Origin: Stylophora pistillata | Lineage: Eukaryota | Reading direction: 5' to 3' | Length of the DNA stretch: 64,000 bases | Assembly (NCBI RefSeq): GCF_002571385.2 | Contig: NW_019217846.1 | Coordinates: 839,331 to 903,330, forward strand | Shown: piece by piece, positions 1 to 13,060 of the stretch | Layout of the letters: each line of letters opens with the position of its first letter | Numbering within the stretch: the stretch's first letter is position 1 | Position numbers and translations under genes: made by a program | Notes under the pieces: generated by a model | Databases searched by the model: none | What the model was told of the DNA's origin: nothing | What the model saw: the letters and a program-made list of their open reading frames with translations, nothing else

Positions 1-344
1 ACGCCTCATTTATTTCAAGCCGAACCTTAACCCCAAAATTTTCAAAGCTCTAGATACGTGTCATTCATCAAGCTTAGTTTTAAAATACACATCTCAGAAT
101 GAACTTTAACAAATGTCCAGTGTTGGCAAATGAAGAGTATTCGTGAGATGTGTATTTTTGGCAGTTTCATCAGACTAAACTCGGTGGGATCCCGGGGGAC
201 GAATCGAGAAACTTCAGAAAACAAAGGAGTGACGTCACTTGGGTTACAAACAAATGTATTTACGGGTTCAACGGATTTGACACCGTTCAACCGAACTTGT
301 CAAATATTTCAGAGATCGAAAGGATTGAATTTGTACACTACAAA

Positions 345-3291
345 ATGGGATCGTGCAAAACGACTGTACTTTTTGCAACCGTTTGGACAGTAGTTTACAT
401 TTCAAGCGAAGGTAAGGGAGCAAAGACAAATGTTTTGCATTTTGTAATCGAGACTTGAGTGGTTTTCTCGTGATTCGACAAAAGATACAGACGGCTGCGG
501 TTAAATTTCAGCAACGAAACAAGCGGCCTCAAGCTGCTGTTAAAGTACAGGTCATGATTATTTCTCTGTGGAATACACACAAAGATGTTATTTAATCATA
601 TCAATGACTACGATACAGTATTTAGTAACATCTTGTTGTCATAGCTTAAGCGAAACTGCTAGCGCTTGAAACCTCGCACCGCCGCATTGAACCGAACTTT
701 CTAGTACAGATCGAATTAATGTGGAATTCTTGCTAAGCTTCACTAAAGAGATCAGTTTCTTGTTATATCAAGAGGAGTAGGTTTTTAGTGATATATCTGT
801 ATTTCAGTTATATCTTGTTTTCCTGTTTGCTTGCATGCGGTTATGACCTAATTCCGAAGTCAGCCATCGTTTTTGCGGGTACGAAAGAGGTGTTTAACGA
901 GAAGGTGGCCTTCGGGAGTTAAAGCCGGACAAGTTGCAAATTTTACCGGTAGATTCTTCGACTTTTATTCATTTAGGCACAATCGCTAAAGGCGAAAGAA
1001 TGGCAATTTTTAAAATTAGTTGGAGGGAATTATATCTTTTGCTTTTAGTTCTCTACATTTTAATCATATTTGAGAGCGCTGTGCTTCAACCTACATTGGC
1101 GCCAAGTTCTGTGACACTCTATATATAATTTAGTGGTTTTTCACGCATAAATCGAGAAAGAAATGCTCGAAGTCTTTGAAAGAACGCGGTGGTTTAAACG
1201 TGTAAAGCGAGCTCTTGCTTATTTGCATTTTCCGCAACTGTTCGCTGCACGACTTCTTTTCGAAGCAGTTCACAACAAAATTCTAAAACTGATAAACAAG
1301 ACAGCTGTTGATCTATCAACACCTTTCAGCAGGGAAAGATGACAATTTGACCAAACGTAACCTTTATTGTTACAATTAATCCGTTTGTGATCGAGAAACA
1401 TCATTTTTAACACTCGTCGTCATAAGTTGAGAAAGGCAATAGCGTTGTAGAGCACATCACTTTCTTTTATCAAACATCAACTTTCTACTTAGCTTATTAT
1501 AACTGATAACGGTTTTAATAAGCGCTGATCGATTTTATCAAATGAGTTCCTGGCAAAGGTTGGATAACAAACGACGTATTTTCAGAACAGACAGGGTTTC
1601 CAACTTAATTTTCTATGACATTTCAAACCGACTGACAGACAGTTGAAAACCCCAATGACATCTCTTACAGTATGCGTATGGAAATTTTTTTCACATTGAA
1701 CAATTACTTCTTTGTGTCCTCGCCATTTATGAAACAAAGCTTTTCTTTTAAGGCTTACACCTTTCAAGTGTATTATATTTTGACATACAGATTGCGTAAA
1801 GCGATTTTCCGAAAACATCAGCGAGTTAACATGAAGGATTACAAATTATTTTGAGTCAGTGGAATTAACTTAGAGCGCAAGACTTCGTTTAATTCTCTTT
1901 TGATAAAGAAAAAAAAAAATTAATCAAAATTCACCAAAATTGTTTTGACTGACCGACCACATTAATGAGGCGGTACTGTCTGAGTATAGTCAAGTAAAAT
2001 AATCTTCAAAACTTAAACTACGGTCGTTCTTAGAATGCTTCTGTGTAATAAACCTTTTCCAAAGCAGCCTTTTCTAACCATTTGTGATTTACTTGTAACT
2101 GGGTCGAAAGGCCATTCTGAAAACTAGAGAAATAAATGCTCGCTTTCTATAAATCGGAAATTGATTTTATTGATAATCCACCCTTGAACTACCAAAGATG
2201 ATCTTTGTGTGATTTCTCATTCTTTAAAAAAAGACTGAATGTTTTCTGTGTTCTTGCATATCACCACCTTAACTTTCAGCTGTTTTAGCAATGAGTACTT
2301 TAAGGATAGTGAAATGGACAGGTGGAAAATGTCAGCTGAACTTCGTCATCATTATTCAGACTTTGAATTTGATAAAAAACACTGCTTTACGCACATGGTG
2401 TGGCTTAAAGTCTGACAGAAAGTTTCACTAACATGCTGCTTTTTCTATCTGTAGTCTTAACTGCAATCAATAACCCTTCTCCCGGCGTCACTCGAAGGCC
2501 GGAATAGCAAAGGGTATTCGAGGTTTGAGTAGCCCATGATCGATCCACTGTTTTAGTGTATACTAATCAAAGATGAACTCAAGTTCGTTTAGCTTCATCA
2601 AAGAACTTTACTGATGAGGTCATAGTAATTTTTTTGCACTGAGGAAGGGTCCAGGTGTTCGAAGGCTGATTAGCACTAACCCACTGTCTGCCAATGAAAC
2701 AAAAGAAAGCAGATTTTGATCAAGGGAAACAGCGCGTGTAATAAAATGAGTTGAGATCATCTGTGACATTGTTTTTCAGTGTTCGCTGCGGATCCTTCTG
2801 GCCTTTACTGCTTCAGTTGCCATGGATATGATGAAGATGGTCGCACGAAATGTAAAGGCAGAGAGACTGGTGAATTGTTCGTAAGAAAGTGCACCACAAA
2901 CTCTTCTCTATTACCGGCCTGTCTCGAGTACACCGCTTTTTACAAGATTCCACAGATGATGGGCAACCAACTTAAAATGGTTGAGTCCGCTGTGCATGGT
3001 TTACACTGTGGAACACTGGCAATGTGTGCGAGGAGCGAATGTCCGAATTTCTGGCCAAAGGATCTCTCTACTGATAAGTGTAAAGTAAAATGCTGCACGG
3101 CTAAAGACAAATCCTGTTCATTCCCGACGCCGACTCCAGTTGAAATTGATAGATATGAGCAGCGAGAGGCTATGAAGGGTAACGTGGATGCTCTTGGGGT
3201 CCAGAGTGGAAAGAGAAGTGGCGGCGTAAACAGAATCTCGGAGTCCGTGTGGATACAAGGCGTGGTTCTTGCTTTTTGCTGCCTGGGTTAA
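345..3291 (+). CDS. Three-finger (Ly6/uPAR-like) GPI-anchored protein 1; join(345..411,2780..3291)
   Basis: Exon 1 MGSCKTTVLFATVWTVVYISSE ends in a phase-1 donor G|GTAAG. Acceptor TTTTCAG at 2779 is in matching phase. Exon 2 has LYCFSC, 12 Cys ending CC-x6-C, then a spacer and a hydrophobic C-terminal tail. Confidence 0.8.
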
Positions 3292-4128
3292 GGTCTAAAG
3301 GTCTTAACACACGGTAATTTGCATGCCGAGTGTAAGCGTTAAGGGGCTGATCGCATCACGTTTTCACCACTGGTAGTTATATTTCAAGACTAAAGCTGAC
3401 ACTCTCTCTGTGAGACCTGACTGTTGAATTTCTTTGATTCCGATCCTCTCTCGAGAAAGAGGACCTTTTCATGAACAGAAGTAGTAGTTAATGATGTATA
3501 TTGAAGGCCTGACTATCATCAGAAAGACTCTAAATGTAAGGTGATTCCGGCTTCACTACAACCAATCCAAACGTGGGCAGCTCGGGGATGTGCTGCTCAA
3601 ATATACTGGGTTTGATGCTGCAATTAGGCCTCATAGTTACTCTTCTGTTGATAGTTTTCTTGACGTTATCGATAACCCGATAAATATCATGTTTATGTAT
3701 TCTTCGCCTTATCGTAATCTTAGTATCAGAGTGGGTGACTGAGTCACACCCTCTGCAACTTTCTACCGTATTGTATATATAAGAGGGTCAGGATCTGACT
3801 TGGCACATTCTTTTTTAACATGCTTGTACACAACTACTTTTCAAAAGACAGTATCTTTTTAGAACCATTAACAAACCATTCCTTGCTTTATAAATACGCG
3901 ACGCCAATTGGAGTGTTACCAAAGACCTCTGACCTCACTGTGAGTCAAATGTTTACCTCACTGGCTTACTTACAACACAGCCGTTTGTCCATTTTTGTTT
4001 GATGCACACTTTTTTTTTTTTTTTCATACACGAAATAAGCCCTGCTTAGAGTGGTAAAGTTTAAGTGATGAGGGAAAATCTGTACAAATAATCAAAATTT
4101 TTGGTAGTGCGGATAGGTCTTCGCCACG

Positions 4129-4868
4129 TTCCCTTTGGAATGCATACCTGAGAATATTCAAACAGGAAATCACAAGATTTAGTGGAATGTGATATCAAAC
4201 ATTTCTTGTCGTTGGTGAGTGCAAACATGCCCACAATATTGTGGACTTCGAGTTCGTAAGTTTTCTTTTATTTACATCAGGCAAAAGTGACCTATATTTT
4301 TCGTCAACTTCGAATGCCTGTTTATTGTCCTAAACTTGAAAATGATCAGAATAAAACTAGTGTTGTAGCTTCCTTTCGGAAAAAGAAAGTCGAAAAACAT
4401 CAGCTCATTGGCGGCAGAGAATTTCAAATTCTTCAAAAACCGATAAGTCAACCCAAAGTAACAAACAGATAAAATCATTCCTCACTTTGTAACGCATTTT
4501 CAAATTCTGCCGCTGTAAAGACTTAAATAACGTGATGGAAACGAATTTTTAAACTTATTAATCTAAGAAAGATGTTTGTAATTGTATGAGTGAGCAAAAG
4601 CTGTGATATCACTCGGGTAGTTTGGAAAATATAGAATGCCGGAATTCGGAACCGGAATACCCGGAATTCCCGGAATGACCGAAAAATAATAAATTATAAA
4701 TAAGAGTAAATTAATAAATAAATAAATAAGTATTCCCTTTGGAATGCATACCTGAGAATATTCAAACAGGAAATCACAAGATTTAGTGGAATGTGATATC
4801 AAACATTTCTTGTCGTTGGTGAGTGCAAACATGCCCACAATATTGTGGACTTCGAGTTCGTAAGTTTT
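4129..4868 (+). repeat. 136-bp direct duplication (4129-4264 and 4733-4868)
   Basis: TTCCCTTTGGAATGCATACC...GAGTTCGTAAGTTTT occurs twice, apparently identical. The second copy lies inside the TIR element. Confidence 0.9.
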
Positions 4869-5698
4869 GTAATCATTACGGTGGCCAATTTACCATTTCA
4901 ACTTTGTTGATATATCCAAATTATTTCGTTACTCCCACCGACGCAGCCCCAAACAGTTTCTTTCGAAACTATCAGCCTTTATAAATAAATAAGTATATTG
5001 ATGATTAAAAATAAATGGTGAATTCACAACTTAATTAAAATAATATAATACGAAATTTTTCTCTGAAGGTCCCAAAAAAAAAAACACTTACTGGCAGTGT
5101 TCATGGAGATGCACGTATTAGAATTTTAAAAAGTCTACGTCAGGCCAGTAGCCCATACAGCCTAAGCGACGAAATATTTCTCCTCTCCCTTCCCCCTGGA
5201 TGGGATGCTAGTCCATCACATGGTTACTCCCCGTTTTAAATTCGCCTCCATCCATTTACACACCTGTAGGATGTCTAGGGCGCCATGACCATTAGGCCGC
5301 CACGCTTTTCCAACCGGAACCATTACAGAAGAATAAACAAATGCAACATTTCCAAGTAGTTTAATAGTTCAATTGTAAAAAGCTCTGAACTATTAAAAGT
5401 TAATACTCTACCTTAAATAATTAATAACCATGCATCTCCTTGAAGAGTGCCGGTTAGTGTTTTTTTTTTGGGGGGGGGGGGGGCTCAGAGAAAAATTTGG
5501 TATTAAATCATTTAATTAAGTTATGAGTTTACCATTAATTTTTAATCATCAATATTCTTATCTATTTATTTATTTATTTATTTATCAATTTTTTTAAAAT
5601 TTACTATTTTTCGGTCATTCCGGGAATTCCGGATATTCTGAGTATTCCGATTCCGGTTCCGGTTCCAAATTCCAGCATTTTATATTTTCCAAACTACC
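4616..5698. mobile_element. Non-autonomous TIR element (MULE-like, 10-bp TSD)
   Basis: Ends GGTAGTTTGGAAAATATA... and ...TATATTTTCCAAACTACC, with ~110-bp imperfect TIRs. Flanks are ATATCACTCG (4606-4615) and ACATCACTCG (5699-5708), a 9/10 match. Confidence 0.75.
5140..5310 (-). mobile_element. SINE fragment
   Basis: CCCCCTGGATGGGATGCTAGTCCATCAC...AAATTCGCC...CCATTTACACACCTG resembles a conserved metazoan SINE central domain. Recognised from memory, not searched. Confidence 0.5.
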
Positions 5699-5920
5699 AC
5701 ATCACTCGAGTATGGCTTGCAGATGTTTTGATCAGAATGTATCTTGTTTTGGAAAAAACGTTCATTGTTTCAATCCTGACATGTGTATCATGATATGAGA
5801 ATATTTTCAAAAGAGTTTGGCCAAGCGACCGAGGTAGAATAAAAAGAACCATCCTTTGGCTCACTATCTAGTCGCTTCTGATGTAGACTGTAGTTTTTCG
5901 ACTGCGTATCCCTTAGTTTT

Positions 5921-5951
<31 letters not shown>

Positions 5952-7465
5952 TTTTTCTCTTTTTCATCACAAGTGATCTGAGCGTGGGTCAAACGATCAT
6001 TATTCACGCAGTCGATAACTTTGAACAAATATGATGCATTCTGACATCTAAGCTAGATTTGAACAACACAAGCTGCAACTGTGTCTCTTTTTTTCATGAA
6101 ACGTTTTGAGGAGAACATTTGTAGCCGCTTAATATTAAAAGAAAATGAAAGCCATTGTTTTTGGTTTCGGTCCTCTGTTCAACGGCGGAACAAATACCGT
6201 TCAAATCATATATTAACCCTTGGGCTGTACACGTGAGCTCAAACCTGTGGGTCAGTCAGTGCCCTTCCCCTCCCCTTTACGAATATCCCCCGTTCCCCTC
6301 TCCCAGCACCCTGAGAATCCAAGAAAAAGTCTGCACAGTCTGATAACTTGCACTTTTTTGTGTCAGAAACTTAAAAATAGAGACATCAGTATACCAGCCA
6401 ACGATTGGGTCATCTATATGCCGGGTGTGTTTACCATTGCAAATATTTATTTATTAATTAAATGAAAAATTACAAACGTGTTGTATTTATCAAAATATTC
6501 AAATAGTAGTAGTCTACATGCAGACAGGGATGTTACGTTTTCCTCATCGACCTCAAAAACCAAAGTACTGAGTGATGGGGCAAGTAGCTAGCAACAAATA
6601 GCATTACATCAGAGCTTACCAGCTGCTTCGGTGAGCAAAACCACAATTACGTTTACTGAGGATCAAGCCTTTCAGTATTTCAGCTTATTTCATTTTTCCT
6701 CTACGGAAAACAACCGCTTCTTTTTCGAATGCAATCGACAAATCCATTTTCCTCTTCCACGCTGAAAGATTCAGTGGGTTACAAGTCCAAATGGAGTAGC
6801 TAGTTTCGACAAGGCGTGAGATTTTTGTTCGTCTCGAGAATTAACTTCCCCCGGTGAACAGAGGTGAACAAAGAAGACCTTATCTTTCAAAATGCTTGAC
6901 AAAACAGTATCAGTGAGACACGATAATTTAAAGATAACATGTAGGGCCGGTTCTTTACACGAAGTCTGGCCCAAACCACGGTTTTACGAAAGCGGAGGGC
7001 CTCAGGTATTCTCTAAAATAGGGTACGTTGATTTGACTGAGTAAATGTCCTTCCACTGTTAGTTTTCAGTCTTCTTGACACTGTATCAAAAATGATTGTT
7101 CATATAAAATATTCGGCTAAATCGAAGACAGTTTAGAATGCGGTTTTGTTAAACAATGGCTAAACTTTGGTTAAATAACCGGCCCGTAGTAATTACTACT
7201 GTTCAATGTCATCATCTTCCAATCCTAACATCAAACTCTACACGAAATAAAACGTACAAAGAGCGCGCGCAGTCCTTTTCTATTCTGAGAAACTAGTTAT
7301 GGGGTTTTTATTTTCAAGGTACAGATACCTTTCTTTTTTGGTTATAAGTCGGTTAATTGAAAAATTAATCGAACAAAAATTTTAAAAAAATCCAAAAACA
7401 TTGCCGCGTTAGTCACATCAAAGCATATTTTTCAAAGTTTGATAGGGCGCTGATGAAACTTTGCC

Positions 7466-9248
7466 TTACATTCTACATTCTACTTTACACTGAAAACTAA
7501 ATCTTGATAAGAAGCAGACCCTGAAAAGACTCAGCAGAGCACTTGTTACCGTGACAGAAACACTCGCAAGATTTGCAAAACCTTTACCGCCTCGCGCTCC
7601 TTTCACCGGACCCTCATTTCCGTCAGTGATTGTTCTGTTTCCCTCCGGACAGAAATCCCCCTCACAACAGCTCATCTGGCAAACGTTGTAAGCGAGTGAT
7701 TCCTCGCCGTAGTGTTCCGCAAAGTGGCCCGAACAACGCTTGAACACACACTCATCTTGAGATGCGCAGCCCCTCTGAAAACCTGTTTGATTTTCTCCGA
7801 GCATTTTGACGTATACTTGAACAGTCATGTTACGACAGCGATCAGTCGTCTTTGGACACTCGGTCTTCTTCATAAATTGAACACAATCATCCATGGATAT
7901 CAGAGAAGTACATTTAAAGCACTCTGTAGACATGGCTGATAGAAATAAAGATAATTTGGTTACACCAACTGAGCTATTACGAGGAAGGGCTAACGCTCGA
8001 AACGTTAGCTTTCGAAACTCCGGTTAAGGTAGCGAATTTACATTTATAGATCACCACGGTTGATAAAACCAAATTTTCTTGTTATATCCCCTTACCGACA
8101 CAGTCCTTCAGTTTCCAAAGAAAATTACCCACTATATTAATTTGATGGAGAAATTCCCGGAAGTCTTTTCAACAAAACGCAAACATTTTCGGTTTTTTAA
8201 GGACTTTCTCTACGTCTTACGGTTTCCGCTTTGTCTTTCCTTGTTTTTCATCAATTGTCCCGCTTGTTCGTCAGGCTCACGACCACCATGAATTGCACTT
8301 GCTAGAATGTGCCTCTAACAAACACGGCCGAACATTTTGTTCGCTAAATTTTATAGAAGATCACGGTTCATCTTACACAGAAAAGTTAAAAACATTGCCG
8401 AGTAGCTAAGTATTTAAAAAATTTTCTCTCGATTCCTATACCCAACAATATAAAAATGCTGTTAATTTATACACTGTTTACATTGGATTTGAACTAAACG
8501 AATAAAAATGTAAATTGTAGTTAATGTGTTGTGTTCAAAGAAGTTTTATTGCGAACTGATTTTTTATCTCCTCCAGGCGAAAAAGGGTAAAAGTCTTGGT
8601 AAAGATTCCAATAAAAAAAGGCTAACACTTCTAGGTATACATAATCCCATTTTTTCTTTCAGGCAATTTTTCAATGTGGTGTGATATTACATAAAGCGAT
8701 ATTGTGGTACTGAATATTTCCTTATTTTAAAATTCATAGTGACGAAGGCGTGACAATATCTCCTCGTGAATAAAATTCAACGCTAATTTTTCTTGAGAAA
8801 TGGCGAAAACTTAACCAAAAACTGATGCTGAAAGATCCATCCCTTTACGGTCACGCTGTTTTTAGTTCAAAGATGTTTTCAATATAAACCAGTGGAAAAA
8901 TAGGCTATGACAAAGAGTTCAAGGTAAACATTACCACCCGGCAATACCAACAAATAATTCAAACTGGGCACGAAATCACATCGATTAAACCTTGCTATCG
9001 AAGTTTAGTCAAGCGTTGTGAAGTATTTATCAATCTGGCATGAAATCCGTCATGGAATTTCTCTCAGAAATCTCGATTAAAATTGGATGTCTAACAATAC
9101 ATTACACAGTCATTGTAAATCCTGAGATCACGCTGAACAAATTATATTTCGTAACATTACAGACACAAAAACTATAAATCAGAATTATACACTCACCAAA
9201 TGGAGATGAATACAAAACAAAGAGTGCTCCAAGGGCTATCCACAACAT
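7466..9248 (-). CDS. Three-finger GPI-anchored protein 2; complement(join(7466..7935,9197..9248))
   Basis: Signal exon MLWIALGALFVLYSSPF with G|GTGAGT donor. Exon 2 reads ECFKC...RGC...SCCEGDFC (12 Cys) followed by a hydrophobic tail. Confidence 0.85.
7978..8135 (+). mobile_element. Penelope-like element terminal relic
   Basis: GAAGGGCTAACGCTCGAAACGTTAGCTTT...GTTGATAAAACCAAATT, with a related fragment at ~4872-4975. Looks like a degenerate hammerhead-bearing PLE repeat. Confidence 0.45.
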
Positions 9249-10152
9249 CTTCGGCCAAACTTTCAGGACAAAGACTGCGAAATATTGAAGTGAATCATAA
9301 GTGAGCCTGTTGACAAACTGTATTGCGGTATGTCATTAAGTCTAATGTACGTCATGCAAATGAAAATGCACATATCAAAAGCAAGGCGCTGTGAAAGTAC
9401 ATGTATCGAGGGAAAAATTCCGATTTGGATAGGGATTTTAATGTTTTGGGAAGGGAGAGAAGTGAGCTTGGATTTCGACAAGGAGAAGGAGCAACAAAAG
9501 AAATTTATCGACTTTCGTCCAGCTTGTCAGTTTGAAGACAAGATGGTTGAATTTTTGAATGATGATATAATGAAAGCTTGGATGAAGTCAAGAAAGGGAG
9601 TAAGGTATCTTCGAATCTTTTAGAGTGGTTGATGTGTTGCACTGTCAGCTTTTGATGCCAACGTTTATGGCATTTATTCGTCATCGCGAGGTGTAGAGTT
9701 TTTTTCAATTTCATAATCTAATAGTGGTTGTTTCGAGTTATCTTGAAGTTCATCAGTACCAAGGAGGTCTTTGCCAAAGGGCTAATTTTGTTTGTTGTGC
9801 ATGCCCTAGCCTGTGCTGCGGACGAAAAAACGAGCGAGCAAACAAAATTTGGTAGGTTTCATGGATGGAGAAACCGACGTGCATAAAGACAACTCTAACC
9901 TTCACCTAACATTAAAAAACGGCTTAAATAGCCCGCCCTGAGTGTTTAGGGCGCTTGAGTTAAGATACAACTTTTGAAATTTGGTTTCAGAGATGAAAGA
10001 TAAGTTCAATCTAACGTTAAGATCTCAACAGTTTATAATCTCTTGGTTCTCAATATGAAAACACGTTGATCTTCTCCTGCTTTCCAGTTTCTTGAATAAG
10101 ATATAAACGATCGAGATATCGACATCGCAAAAGACAGTAGACTTTACCTTAC

Positions 10153-10207
10153 CTGAATACCCAGTGACGGTAAAGGTGACAGCAATAAAAATCAACTTGA
10201 TAATCAT
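10153..10207 (-). CDS. Orphan or alternative signal-peptide exon
   Basis: ATG...MIIKLIFIAVTFTVTGYS with G|GTAAG. Phase 1 and the same architecture as the other first exons in the cluster. Confidence 0.55.
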
Positions 10208-11124
10208 GTTTTGGAAAGGGAGACACTGACAGTTGATCATGCCACACTGACTCGTAATGCGATTCACCCGGTTTGAATAAAACGAAAGAGTTACACCCAC
10301 AGCGAGTGGTCGGCCCCACTAATGAACAAACACAATTTCCATAACTTCTGTGATTTTTCTTACTGCTGTATTCTTTTTTTAAGTAATAAAATAGAAGGAC
10401 GTTATCTTAAGAATTTTTTCTTTTGTTTGCCGGATGATAGTGACGGTTTAAAATGGAGGTGGAAGGAAAAATACAATGAAAAATATACTAGCGCAGAGCG
10501 AAGGTCATGATGAAAACTGAAAGCTGAAGACTAGGTAATTTAATACTACATCATCTACATCATAAAGTACAGGTTTCCTGACGCTAAATGCATGTAAACC
10601 AATGAACAAGCTGGTGACCTTAAAATTTTAACAACTTGGTAGAAATGTTACGAGAACTTTTAGATGGAATTTTTCTTTTAATTTCTTTAATCTATATTCT
10701 TACAACATAATTTCGAAGAAAAGAACTTTTGTTTTCATTGGCAATGATCAATGGCTGGCTTACTTTTTAAAAAGACTTACTGATTTTGAGTCTCCGGTTT
10801 ATTCAAATTTTAATTGATAAATGTGTCTAAATAAATAGTGGTAATACTAATTCGGCGTAAAATTCCCTACGTTGCAGCCCCCGGCATCAATGATAAGGCT
10901 GTCACACACACACACACAAAAAAAATGAAAATAAGACCTAAAAAAAAACCTGCAAGGGGACAAAATGCGATTGAACAGAGTTATGGGATAGCTAGCTCTT
11001 ACATGACACACAAACGCTCTGTACAACAAACAAACTCGCATAGGGTGACTTTTAACTACTACATAGGACAGTTTTGTTGGTGTTGGATAACAAGTTACTG
11101 ACACATTGGAATGTACTCTCACTT

Positions 11125-12230
11125 CTACATCATCTCGAATACCAGTTGAATCACTGCAGCAAGGACAATGGTCATGCGCAGTGGTGTGTTAACGGAGTCT
11201 GTGCCACAGCCCGGCGGGGTAGAGACAGTAGAGTTTTGAAGCGAGGGACTGGATATAGTTTCGTTTATTGACGTGGAATTTTTAACAGGGGGTAAAGTGG
11301 TGGGGTCGCTGGGTAAGTCATCGTTGTTGCACATGTCAGAAGTGCAGCACCTTGAAGAGCAGTTGACCATGACATGTCCTTGACTGATTAAAGATAGATT
11401 CTTTGCATTACAAAAATAGTTCGGGTCGGGTTGATTGCATGCAAAGGAAATACCGCATTTCTTATCTAAATAGGAGCTTTCTTCCCCGCTACTCTGCTTC
11501 ACAAATAACTTCATGGTAAAGCACTGGTCAAATCCCACATCAGTTGCACACTGCTCAGGCACGTGATTTTTCACGCAGTCGCTAAGTTTGCTATCTGTGG
11601 GGCACTTGTGGCAGGAAAGAGCTGAAGCTGAAAGAGAAAATAACAATATTCAATCACCTTCATTTCTTACGATGATTTAAGTTTTAATGCTTTTTTTTTG
11701 GGAATGATCGTTTTCTCTGTAATTCATTTTAAGTTTCCTCTCTAAAAGGTATAAGCTCTTCACTTGACGTTTCGATGATCTACTGCTATGCGCGAACTAC
11801 GACAATATTTTTATGGAGTTACGAGCAAGGTTGCCCCTGATATAAGCTATGAACACGCTCTTATTTGACAAGTATTGTGATTTGTGGAAAATTTCCAACT
11901 AACTTTTCATTGCAAGAGGCGCGGCGAAGATAATTGTGACTGATTAATACACAAAGAGCCTACGAAATGTCAGTTTTCATTTGATGTTTCTGAGTTCATT
12001 TCTGATATTTAAAAAGCTGCAAATAGCGACGTACTTTTTCAGTATGTCTGCTATACTAAGACCTAAGCAATAGACGAAAGAAAAGGTTTTTAGGTGGCGG
12101 CTCGATTGCCAACGAAAGACCAACACGAACAGTAAATTAAAATTTTGATAGCAAAGATGTCCTCATATCAAAATGACTTACCTGAACGATTGTTAAGGAA
12201 AAACAAGAATAAAATGAACACAAATTTCAT
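11125..12230 (-). CDS. Three-finger GPI-anchored protein 3; complement(join(11125..11627,12182..12230))
   Basis: Signal exon MKFVFILFLFFLNNRS with G|GTAAG. Exon 2 reads LSCHKC...CCTSDMCN (12 Cys), then a Ser/Thr stalk and a hydrophobic tail. Confidence 0.88.
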
Positions 12231-12396
12231 TTTTTAAGTCATCCACGGCTGAGAACTGAGTTGGTTTTAGGAAGCCTCAGTAAGAAATGTATCTAAATAC
12301 CGCAGTCTGTTTTCCCGTGGGTAAACTATATTACATTTAACAACCTGCAAAGCCCTCATCTATCACATACTGTTCTCAAAATTGGCTTTTGAGCTT

Positions 12397-12690
12397 TTTT
12401 GTTTTAATCAGGAATTAATTTCTCGCGGCTGATAACTGCCAAAAGATTTACACTGTAGGATATAGAAAATCTGTTTAGTAATTGAATTGTTTCCCTCTGA
12501 TAAGAGGTCTTGCTTCTTTAACTCCAGGATCGATCGATTACTATTTTGTTTTAAACAGGAATTAATTTCTCGCAGCCGATAACTTTCAAAAGATTTGCAC
12601 TGTGGGATAAAAAAAAAAATCTGTTTAGCGATTGAATTGTTTTCCTCTTATACGAGGTCTTGCCTCTTGAACTCCAAGATCGATCGACTG
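12397..12690 (+). repeat. Two-copy ~147-bp tandem duplication
   Basis: CAGGAATTAATTTCTCGC...GAGGTCTTGC...GATCGATCGA occurs twice with substitutions. Confidence 0.8.
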
Positions 12691-12879
12691 CCAAAGAAAG
12701 TGCTGGNGAACCCGAATGTTCACTCCAGAGTTTTGGCGCGAAAAGTATTAGGTATTGTGGTTGAGATATGGAAATCTGGAAAGGTTATCTTGTCAGTCTC
12801 TAAACTGCTACTTGAAGTGGAACTAGGGTGGCAAATCCAGTAAAGATTTAGAGTAGCCGATTCTAGTACGGTATCATAC

Positions 12880-13060
12880 CTTAAGAACAGAATTGACTTA
12901 TCTCCCTTCAAATCTGTCACTGAGGCATCAACACTCATACAAACTGACTCGCCCTCTCGAGAGCAGCTTTCAACTCGGGAATTTCTCAAGCACTTGGTTG
13001 CTAACAAGGTCGCATTACATTTGTAACATTCTAATGATCTCGTTTCTTTGATTGCGGCTG
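12880..13060 (-). pseudogene. Half three-finger domain exon (gene 4, apparently truncated)
   Basis: SLECYKCNATLLATKCLRNSRVESCSREGESVC, bounded by TTTAG and AG|GTATGA. No exon carrying CC..CN was found downstream. Confidence 0.6.
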
